A stretch of DNA of 64,000 nt. Origin: Syncephalis fuscata S228. Taxonomy: Eukaryota; Fungi; Zoopagomycota. Below are positions 43,004 through 54,433 of the stretch, in pieces. A program made the translations under genes and the position numbers. The stretch spans positions 372,001-436,000 of the forward strand of contig JAHLTZ010000008.1 in assembly GCA_025786725.1 (NCBI GenBank), written 5' to 3'. A model generated the notes under the pieces. It had not been told where the DNA came from and made no database searches. It was given only the letters and a program-made list of their open reading frames with translations. Position 1 is the stretch's first letter; every line of letters begins with the position of its first letter.

Positions 43004-46000
43004 GGTATACTTTTAAGTTGTCTGTTTAAGGATAAGTGTTAGTAGTGAATAAACGAATAGATGACTGAATGATGACGAATAACTGTGGTCAGGTCAATTG
43101 GTCGGTTAAAGTATATGCGGATAGTAAGCGTTGCCTTTTGTTGAAACAAGAGTAACTACAAAAAAGCGAAGACGTTATAATCAAAAGATCTTTTGGTTCA
43201 GAAAAGATCAATGTGGAATTAGGCGATAAATCGCGTAGAATAAAAGCAGAGAAGCGCGTATGTGAATATGAGTGTGGTGAGAATGAATGGATGAGTTTAA
43301 GCCGAACAAGGTGGTCCTCGCTAGCAATAATAACAAATAGTTAGTTAAATAGTAAATAGATAGTTAAATAGATAATAATAGCAATAGTAAATAAATAGTA
43401 ATTAACAATAATAGATCATTATCATTATAATCATTATAATAGTAAATTTGTATTATTGTTATTATTACTCATCTAATTAAATAGATCAAAGTTAATATAC
43501 TTACATTATTGTTTCGCTTTCTTCAATAGCAGTGTCTCAATGAGTATTGATCAGTATTAATTAGCATAAAAATACTTGATCAATATATCAAAGTACACAA
43601 CGATAGGCACTAGTGCAAAAGACGAAATCGACACAAATTCGATCTATAATAGATGCAAATAGAATATTAGTCAATTTGTTGTTGTTGTTGTTATTAGGAC
43701 GGCTCGTTTATCAAATGCAGGATATATTTGTATCCCGTACACATACACGCAGGCAGAGTATTCGCTATTAGTACTCTGTATCATACATGAAACATATCAT
43801 AAAGGCCTCTGCTTGATTGATAGGCACGGTCAAGACCAGCAAGAATAACAACAACACAATTCAGCTACAATGTAGTAAATAATAATAACAGCAACAACAG
43901 TATTACAAGCGCTGTTATTGTTATCGTTGTTGATGCTAAATAAAGATCGTGGTGGTACTATTACGAAAAGGGGTGGGTTCAATAACACAATTTGTGTTGT
44001 TGATTAGACGTCAATGGTATGGAGAAGGAAAGGGACAGCGAGGAGAACAGAGTTGAATGAGGAGGTAAGGCAGTGGAGGTATTGGTAGAAGGAGAGGAGG
44101 AGAAGCGAGTGACAGAGGTAAAGAGAAAAGAGACGCAATGAAAGAAAAGGGACGCAAGATCGTCAAAATCGGCTATTGTCAATCGTGACTATACCAAATA
44201 GACAGGATAGAACGAAAACGAAAACGAATGAGAAGAGAACGGGGAATGAGTGCCGACTAGTAATAATGCAAGCGGAGTGTAACTTGTAATTATTGTAGCA
44301 GTCTGTGTTGTTATATACGTGTGCTATATATTGCGTGTGCGTGTGTGCGTGTGGTCGGAGATATAAATCCAAAGACCACTATCAACGTAAAAACCAAAAA
44401 TAACAATACAACTAATTGGCTTACAAGTGAACAATGCAATAACAGCACAATTTAGCCCCCAAAGAACGTGTAATAGAAGCGAGGGAAAGGCATACGATTA
44501 CTTGTAAGAGTGAAAAGCTTTTTTACAATTACGATTGAAACACACACTCATGGCATTCTTGGCCTTGTTTGCGATGATAATGATTGTGTTTGTTCTTAAG
44601 AACATTAGAACAAGGCGGTGGTGGATAACGAGAAACCAGAAATGGAAATGGAAATGGTTTCAGCGTGTGTAATGAAGGCAGGTGATCGTGCAATGTGTTA
44701 CCATATATCCACCACATGGAAAGGGCGTAATTACTATTAATACCGTGTCTAGACTGAGACGGAGTTATAGCCACACTGATGACAGTGGCGGCGTTGTAAA
44801 TACCCACGCAGCCAATAACCAAAACAAAATTCGGTAAAAATTACCAGATAATGTTGATGTGTGTGTGCGTGTGTATGTGTATAAATATCAATTCAAGGAG
44901 TCAAGACAATCATTATTTGGTTACTGATCAATATTTAAGACAACAAAGTATAGTATGGCTACAATGTGTATCTAATCATCCCATACAAATCTATACACTT
45001 TACGCTCATTATTTACTTTTCCCCTTAGTAACCATGATGTAGCCACTACTGCCGCAGCAGCTATGGTAGAACGTGGAAACGGAGATTCAATATAGAGTAA
45101 CCGGGAACACAGATAAATTGGGATAACAGTCTAATACTTACTGAAATAATACACTTTTTACGGCAAATGGCAACAAATGCAGACTTGAATTGCAAATCTA
45201 AAGTGTTATCGAGTAAAATAAAATAAGTTAGATTAGCCAATGTTATTAATAGAAATGTACAATATAGCTAATATCATTATTGTCATGGATTAGCAGAGGA
45301 GTGTTAGTATAATCTGCCTACCACAATAGAAGCAAGCAACTATTGCTTGTGCTATGATGCTACTGTTGTATTACGAATGTTGTTTTGTACCGTTGCTAAG
45401 CGGCTACGTACGCGTATACACGACAGTCGACACCACTTTTGAATGAATAACAACGGCAATATAAAGCAAAATGCCAATAACAAGCAAAATATCAAGGAGT
45501 ATCACAAAACTGCAACCAGTACCGCCACCACTAAAACTACGCTGGTCAGCGTACGAGCAGCTCGGTAAGGAAAACGAACCAGAATACACACGCACACAAA
45601 AGGGGTCTAAAAAACGGGGAAAGGAAATCCGTGGCGAAACGTTGAATGATGGAGATGGTAAAGCGCTATTGAGAGTGACTAGGTAGAGAGAGAGAGAGAT
45701 GAAGGCACAGAATGAGCCAACTACTGAAGGAGAGAAATAGAGTGAGCGAGAGAATAGAGCAAATGTAGCCGGTAGAAAGGATAAGGCGGAGTAGCAAATC
45801 TTATGCAGATGGTTTGTCTACTATTGCGAGCTAGTGAATGAGTGAGTGTAAAAAGATCGCCCAACGGCAAAGGCCAGTATAAATATTGCTGCCACTACTT
45901 GTCAGTAGATATAAAATGATTGGTCAAGGTGCCAGACTTGAGACGCGCGTGTGGTGTGGCAGTTTACTTGCAGGAGACATTGTTCTCACATACTCACCAA

Positions 46001-47915
46001 ATAGTGGCCGTTGGCGTAATTTGGTCGTTACTATTACAGCAATAACAGTAGCAGTAGCAGCGATGATGGTAGCCGTAACAGCAACAAACACAACTGCAAC
46101 GTAGATAGCAGAAATTAAAAAAAAATCAACTAAACGAGCAATACGAAGACGACAATAAGCGCAATAAAAGGAACTACAATTCTGTGTTGCTCGTCGCAAA
46201 GGAATCGTTGTCCGCTGACCTAGGACTGCTATCACTGTAAAACAAGCGTAATTGTAACAGTAACAATAACGATAACAATAATACGCAAAAGGCCAATATT
46301 GTAAATGGAAACGGTAATAATTGCTGTAGCTGCAGCGCTTAAAACTCGGCAGTGACGAAAGAATAAAAATGCAGCCAGCTGCACCTGTAACGAATGAACA
46401 GTACAGTAGATGGTTCCAATAAAGAAACTTACAATTCAATACGCTCAGCGGATTGATCTGTTTTGTGTGAAGAGGCGGAAAGTAAAACTATTTGGCAGTA
46501 GTAGCAATGATAATGATAACGACGACAATGGAACCTATCAAACAAAAATGCTACGTCCAAATTGATATAGGCAACAGCAAGTGTCGAACGAATAGCATGA
46601 AAGCATGGATTGAATGTCACATGTAGCCATGCAGGCGAAACATGTCGGAAATGTGTGCGTGTCGTGTGCATATGAAAGCAGCAATAGGAATAATGACATG
46701 TACGAATGTACTATCTCCGACACGGAGCACAGACGATGGATGTCATATTCATCGTAGGATTATGACTGTACAGCACAAATTATAATCTGAGTAATTTGCC
46801 TTGATTTGCTGTAGTAACATGTAAAATAACAAGTCTAAAACAAATTGTATTGCAACAACAATGACAAAGATAGTAAAGTGTACATTATTACACTATTACG
46901 CTATTATACCATTAAAATTATTCAATCACATTGTATAAATTCAATCCATAACAACAACATTAGGCAGCAAACGCGTGTCCATTTCAAACATTGTACTATG
47001 ATTTGACTTACCAGAAAATGAAATAGTTGTTTTGTTATAGTGATTTGAGTGGATTAATAACGAAAATAGAACTGGATTGCCGAGCGGGCACGGCGCGGGA
47101 AATTAGAAATAGTGATAGAATGTCAAATGCCGGTGATGGATTTTAGTAAATGTTTTCAAATAAAAGCTGTATAGGCAGGCAATTAAGTAATCTAATAATA
47201 ATACTAATAATAGTTCAAAATAGATTACGAAGATCTAACTTTGGTTATAACAATACTATGTTTTGTTTTGTTTCGATTGTCGTAATAGTAATGGGTTAGC
47301 GATTGCAGTAATTGCAACAATACTAATAGTAGCGTTTCTTAAAAAGAGAAAAGGAATCTATTTGTGCTACAAGCAGCAATCGGATACTGATGCAAAGAGC
47401 AAATGGAAAGGTGGACAGTAAGCGATAGAGCGGCAAGAGTGGCGGTTAGTCCGGCAATTCAAAGTTGTTTATTAGATTTCACTGCATACTGGTCGCTGTA
47501 AGATAGCGTGATGGTCCACATGAACGTCGCCGCATGTCGCGACACATGTCTTTGGGCCAACAACCGTGACGGCGCCACACGGCACCAAACAGGTAAACAA
47601 GGTAAGGAAGAAACAAGAATTGGACCTTGGCAATTAAGATAACTTAACCGATACGCCAAGGTCCAATTAAATCGCTGCAGTGGCGATAATAATTGATGCT
47701 ACTGCATACCACTATGCAAGATGTCAGGGTTAAAATAACGCTGATAGGCCAGATAACTACTCTAATATTATCGGTTTATAGAAATAATGACTTCTATTTT
47801 TGGCATAATTAATGAGCGTATTGGCCAAGACCGTCGATCCTTTTTTTCCTATTCACTTGGCTCTGCGTGTACTTTAGATTCTATCTTTTCATTCAACTAA
47901 ATTATTATAATTTAA

Positions 47916-49164
47916 ATGAGCTCGGGCACAACCAAACAAAAGGGTGGCTTGGGTGCCGTGTTGCCCGTGCTCGTCTACTGCTCGGCGTCAATTATGATGA
48001 CCATGGTTAATAAGTATTGCATGTCTCAATTTAAATTCCACGTGGCATTTCTTATGCTTGCTGTTCAGGCAAGTGTTAATAGTTACGATAGTAGAATACA
48101 TGGGTCTAACATGTAGCCACGAGGCGTACAGTCGACGACCTGTGTTCTATTCATGTGGTTATTTGGTATGCTGGGCGTCATAAACTACCGAACTATCAAC
48201 TTGAGCGATGCTAGAAAGTGTAAGTCTATCGTAGCCATTTGATAGCTCACTAATCATTCATGCCATTCAGGGGTACGCGTATCTTTAATGATGTCTGCAA
48301 TGCTGTATACAGGTGGAAAAAGGTAAAATAGATGTTTACCTAAGTAAATATTACTAATATTCATTTAGTTTACAATACTTGACCGTGCCACTTTTTACTA
48401 TTTTTAAAAATTTGACCATTATTATCGTGGCTTATGGCGAACGTGTTATGTTTCAATCAGAAGTAACAACACTAATGCTTGTTTCGTTTCTCCTTATGGT
48501 TTGTAGATTATCCATGCTATAATTATACTTTCTAATGGTATGAACTTTTCTATTAGGCCATGAGTTCAGTTATTGGTGGCTGGAACGATATTACATTCTC
48601 GGTAGCCGGCTACTTTTGGATGGCCTCTAATTGTATCTCATCTGCATTGTACGCCTTGTTTATGCGCGGCGTAATTAAATCAATGGAATTTAAAGATTTC
48701 GATACTGTTTATTATAATAATGTAATGACAGCACCAATCTTTTTGGTCTTAAGTGCATTAACGGAAGATTGGCCTGAATTTGCCAACTATTATTTCCATG
48801 ACAAGGCTAATGAATCTGAATTTAACGCATTGGTGCGAGCACTTCTTTTAGTGGCGTGGCCTCGTTTGCCATTAGCTATGCTAGTTCATGGTGTATTCGT
48901 AAGACAAATTCGACGACATATAGGTATGTAAACCATTGCAAGTAAAACAGATGCTTATTAATTAAATTTAGTATGGCTGGTGCCTTGAACAAACTGCCTA
49001 TTGCGGTGTTTGCCATGTTTTACTTTGACGATGTGGTCACCATTGGCGGCATTGCTGCCGTGATACTAGGATTCTTGGCTGGACTGGTTTATACAAAAGC
49101 AAAAATCAACCAGCAAGAAAAGAAAGAAAAAGCTGACTACATTCCTTTGCACAGCAAAGACTAG
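47916..49164 (+). CDS. VRG4: Golgi GDP-mannose transporter
   Basis: [47 protein letters not shown] and the GALNK signature. Confidence 0.95.
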
Positions 49165-49756
49165 TTATAATATTTTTGCATTAAAGCTAAGCTGTTTTTT
49201 ATTGATGATTTATTAAATTTATTTGTTTAGTAATATTTCAAATGTCAATTTTAAAAGTATTACTGGTTAATTTTATTTCGTAATGCACTTATAAGTACAT
49301 ATAGAAATAAAATAAATAATGGCAAGTATTTAGCTTATATGAACCAAATATTTAATGATAATAGTATCACAACGTAGCGTTTTTGATAAATCATTTAGAA
49401 CTGACCATGTATTGCTTAATTACATGATGTAACGAATTAAGCTCAATAATCAGTAAGTTTTAATTTTAAATGATTACTGCAATGTTAACTGTTAAATACT
49501 TATGCTATTATGCAATTAAGTTTTATAGCAAGTCAACGGCATGATCATTTATATATGTTACTAATTGTTAATTATAGACTATAGGTTACATAGCAACTTA
49601 CTATCAATAGTGTTACATATGGAATAGCTAGTATAAATCTAACATAAATGTGTGGGTAATGTTATTCTTGTAACATGGGTCATAAAGCCTATTTATTTTA
49701 TTTGTAGTGTATACTAGTTAACACACCACATAGTAATACATCGGCTTGGTTCTACT

Positions 49757-51127
49757 TATTTACATAACACAATGTTGGCTCGTTTGCACACAGCTTCACG
49801 ACTTTTCCGACCTTGCTTAGTACGGACCGCTGCGATCCATACAACATTTCCTCAAGCGGCTATACCAAAAGTAGAGCAACATAATGCTAATCAGTCGCCC
49901 AATAGTCCTTCATTTGACCCGAAAGATTCCGCAGAATTAGCAGCCCGAGCCGCTAGTCTGCAGCTTTTTATGTCGCGTTGGGCTTCGGAACTGTTTCATA
50001 AGCAACAGATCGAAAAGAACGAGCGGTATGAGCAAAGTAAGTTATTTTTTATTAATGCCACTGTACAGTATAGAGCAACACGTCTATTAACGCGTATTGT
50101 AGACGAACAGCTTGTCAATGCTAGCGAGGCAATAACAAGCACTGCCATTGTTACCGATATAGTTGATTTTATGACGGAGGAGGTAATGCTAAAATAATAT
50201 ATCCACTCACTTCTCATTACGAATAACTAGGAGCGATCATTAATTATGAACAAATTTGGCACTTGGGACGAAGATACGCTAATGAAGCATATGTGGGGAT
50301 GGGAAGCAATGGGTAATACTTTATACTATTAATTTGAAATAAGCATCATTAAACGCGTATCAATTAGGCACTTTGTTATGGAAATTAGGTGTTATACCCG
50401 AAATACCAAGTTATTGTGAAACGTTCGACAGGAAAGAGCTACTGATATCGACGCAAATCCAATCAAAGCAACCGGAAACACTTGCAATGTTTATCGATCG
50501 TGTTACTTCAAATGACGTACAAGCACCTGAGGACAATGCAGTAGTGTGTGCCAGAGCAGTGGCCGAGATATGGTATTGGCGCTCGACTGCCCATAGCTTG
50601 CTTCAGTTGCAGCAAGCATCGGCATCTAACAAGGCTCATGCATCGGGACTATCGCTTAATAGGCTGCCACCAAAGTTTCGTGAAATGATACGTGGACTTC
50701 CGCAAGAGATTACCTCGATGACTGCCCGTGCCCACGCTAATGGCATTTTATCGATAAAATCGACGACGATTTCGCCGTATCTTTTACGTCCGAAACTACA
50801 GGCGAACTATCAGCTCCTATGCCTTATCGATCGATTAACGAGCATCAACACCAAAAGCTTCATGGAATTGCAAAAACACGCCGTCAAGCATTTGCTTGGC
50901 TATCAGGTCGTATTCCAGAATGGAATGACACGGTTCCTGGGAAACTGATGCACATTAATCAAAATGATGGTGTTTGGGCTACACTGAAAGAATGAATAAA
51001 TAAATGATCATTATTTATGAATACTGATCATCAGTTGATACTATGTTTAATAGCCATTACATTATTAATTAATACACTCTAATGATTTATTGCGTACAAT
51101 ATATAAATTGTATATAATGAAGAATAA
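49757..51127 (+). repeat. Segmental duplication copy 2 (partner 21781-23154)
   Basis: Direct sequence comparison. Confidence 0.97.
49772..50995 (+). CDS. DUF4272-like protein copy 2 (1-nt deletion near 50752; degenerating duplicate or sequencing error)
   Basis: Near-identical to 21797-23022; ttatctgata becomes ttatcgata, shifting the frame. Confidence 0.6.
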
Positions 51128-51157
51128 TATATAAAATGTATATAGTAAAGAATAAAG

Positions 51158-52261
51158 TTAAAACTCATACCATTTGCGATTCTTTTCACGCTCTGCTATT
51201 TGTTTAGCAAGATCAGCAAAATTTGATGCACTTGCTGCCAAATCTTCTGTGCCATGTTCAAGTTGATTCAAGCGTTCACCACGCTCGTTAACCTGATCAA
51301 ATGCCTCGCTAAGTATCTCTTTAGTATTTTGGCTAGTTTTGGCAATAGCTTCACTGGCCTCTTCCGTATCACTAGCCGCTGCCGATGTTGTGTTTGATGG
51401 ATCGCGTGACTTTATCTTGGCAAATGCATTTGCAGAAATGCGCTTTAACTTGCCAAATCCACTTTTTGAAAGTCCACTAAATTTACGTGTTAAAGTTGAT
51501 TGTTTTTCATGAATATAGAGGTTGCAGCAGCGTCATTCGTTGTAGTCGCCGCCGTCGTTTCTACCACTGGCTCTGTTTCTGGCACAGGTGATAGTGCACC
51601 CACGTCAGTAGCAATATCCGATGCAATAGGTGTGTTAATTTCTTCGGGAATGGTCGGTTCTACCGATGTAGCTATACCCTTATCCGTTTCGGCAGCTTTA
51701 GTCTCAGCTTCATTATCGGTCTTGGCATCGGCGCCAGCTTCAGTTTCGGCCCCTGCCTCGGCCTGCCAGCCACTAGCGAAACGCATTATTGCATTGGCTG
51801 TTGCTTCAATTAAACTGGGTGCTCTGGCAATTGGTATTTGTTCAACCTCAATACTATTCTTTTTTTCATCTATTGATTTATTTTCTATCGCCACTTCATT
51901 TGAAATAGATACTGATGATTAGATAACTGATTTTCTTCTTCTATCGCAGTGATTGGCACATCTTTGATTGAAGATGGACGTGGAGGCAATGGCGGTAATT
52001 CTCTAGTTGCTACTTCGTCGTCTAATACTGATTCTGTTACTGTATGTTCTACTTCTTCTCTAGCTTCTTTGTCCTCTTCTTTGTTTTCAGTGGTATTTAG
52101 CTTATTGTTATTTCAGTGGTCGTTTCTTGCGCTTTAGTATCAACCTCATCAGATGCAGTGATGACTGTGTTCACTTTCTCTTCATCAGGTAGTGTGTCCG
52201 AAAAGGCAGTAGCTATTGCTTCTGCCAATGTAGAAGCAGTTGTGTCATTGTGATCTGCCAT
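51158..52261 (-). CDS. Acidic disordered protein ending in a tomosyn/amisyn-type R-SNARE motif, no transmembrane anchor (indels)
   Basis: C-terminus AFDQVNERGERLNQLEHGTEDLAASASNFADLAKQIAEREKNRKWYEF*. Confidence 0.78.
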
Positions 52262-53364
52262 GTTTAGGCTAATAACTATGAATACGGTGAGTGTCAAGTA
52301 AATGAATAATCATTCGCGAATAAAAAGGAGAATAAAGAGATAAAGGAGACGATGCTGTATCACAACAAGATTATGCTTGTGAGTCTTCATGCCTACCGAC
52401 TATTAATGTCTTTGTACTAATATACCAATTTTAGTGTATCAGTAACTGCTATTTTAAACATTTATTTTACTCAAATGGTGTGCTGAGTATGATCATTTAT
52501 ACTAATATTTTTATTAACTCTTTCTCTTTCTCTCTTAATGGATCAATATTTAATTGTATATACAAGGCATAGTTTAAAATAGGCATGCTTATAAGTATTT
52601 TATTCAACATTTAATAAGAGTTATTATTTACATACTAAATCTAATGCTTACAAGTTTAACTATCAATTATAATATTATTCTATGATAATGACATTTGTTT
52701 ATGCATTGATATTCATCCTTTTTATTTACCAGTGACATTGTTTTATAAATATACTTAATTTTATGCAATTAGTTTTTATTCTTTCTTTTATTCCACCACT
52801 TGAACAATTCCTTGTTTGTATTTTAATTTATTCATAGCTTTATATGTACAATGCCACTTGATTTATGGCTTGTATAAATCATTTCATTTACTATTAAATA
52901 AATATAGCCATTTTTGTACATTAAACAATTTATTAATAATTTAATCTAATCTGATGTTAAATGACTTAATTTGATACTAAATCTACAATGATGAGTATTC
53001 AATGATTGATGTCACTCACCACTCACCACCATGTTCAATAGATTAAATGTCATCGAATCCAGTCATTTAACACCAACTTACATTAAATAGTTAATAAACA
53101 ACTTGAAATTATTGTTAAAATGAGCACGTCAATATCGCTGTATTAAATGCAACTAACTGCAATATGTTGATTTATTTTTTATTTAATTAATGAACTAAAT
53201 AAGATATACGATAGCATATGGTTACTATTCTGCTTGTAATAAAGCAATAAGCATACTACTAGTGTTGCACTGTTCGAATAACCTATAATAAAGCTTGTTA
53301 GTATTTGATAGTACTTTTATTATATTCGGTTGAAACGGAGTGTGAGTCCATATTTTTATTTTCA

Positions 53365-54192
53365 AAAAATATGAAGCTTAAAGTAGAATCGTTTTGAAAT
53401 GTGGTTTAGAAGCATTCTGTGTATGGTTTTGCCAGTAGAATTATCGTTAAACTTGTAACTCTATACAATTTCTTTACTTGCTTGTATTAATAGCTAGTGG
53501 CTGCGTTGATGTAAAAGTAATTACATTCCAAGATCAATAGTTTGGCTTTGCTTTTTAAAGTTAACAATATATTATGCTGCTTTATACAAAACAAAAACCT
53601 AGCCATTATAATTCAATGTAATTCTGTAGAATTAGTTTGAGGTCAAAGGGGTACAAAATAAGGCAAATAAATCATTAGCTCAAATGATAACCGAAAATAG
53701 CTACAATATATATATATATATGAAACGACATTACATATTTGTGTTTCATAATTACATCAATCATACTTGGTAAGGTACAACTTTTAAGTAGCCAAATGTA
53801 AATAGCATATGTAGAATAATCTGCTATACAAATCAATAACAAACATAGAGATATAATTACTTACTGATTGCACTACATTTATAAACCAGCTAATTATATA
53901 TTTAAAGCACATTTATCATAAATGTAATAAATTGATATTTAAATCATTTGTGTTTATTCTGTTATTTATATAAAACAACGCAATTTATTGCCAGTTTTAA
54001 AAAGCAAAGTCAAATTTGATAGTCTGGAGTGTAATTGCTTTTACATCAACACAGCCACTAGTCATTGAATTAAGCAATTAAAGAAATCATATAATGCTAT
54101 AAGTTTAAAAATAGTTTATGACAAAACTGTACACAAAATGCCCCTAAATTATATTTTTATGATTACATACTATGAAATAGTACGTATATTTT
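53365..54192. repeat. Second-family foldback/MITE-like inverted repeat (arms ~53365-53595 / ~53958-54192)
   Basis: tagtggctgcgttgatgtaaaagtaattacattcca pairs with tggagtgtaattgcttttacatcaacacagccacta. Confidence 0.85.
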
Positions 54193-54433
54193 TAGATATT
54201 GTTTTAAACGATAACCAACTAGTCCTTTGCATGGGATCATAAACAGGTAATTGTTACAGAAATACCGGTTACATTTGAGAACTTTTACATATTACAATCC
54301 AATTATCTACCCAATATCTTATTTAAATAGAGCAACGATTTTTAATTTGTAAAACAATAACTCGCTACCAACTAACATTGGGATTACTAATTAATCTATT
54401 TTTTAAATCTTCAATACTCCTTTAAAACCTACG

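Noticed and set aside
43979-47659. Multiple 60-170 aa ORFs in the long spacer
   Set aside because: Low complexity, many non-ATG starts, no domain signal or coherent exon structure.
51120-51170. Apparent GTATGA donor suggesting the SNARE gene splices into the duplicated segment
   Set aside because: Read-through gives the conserved KWYEF-stop ending, so no intron is needed.
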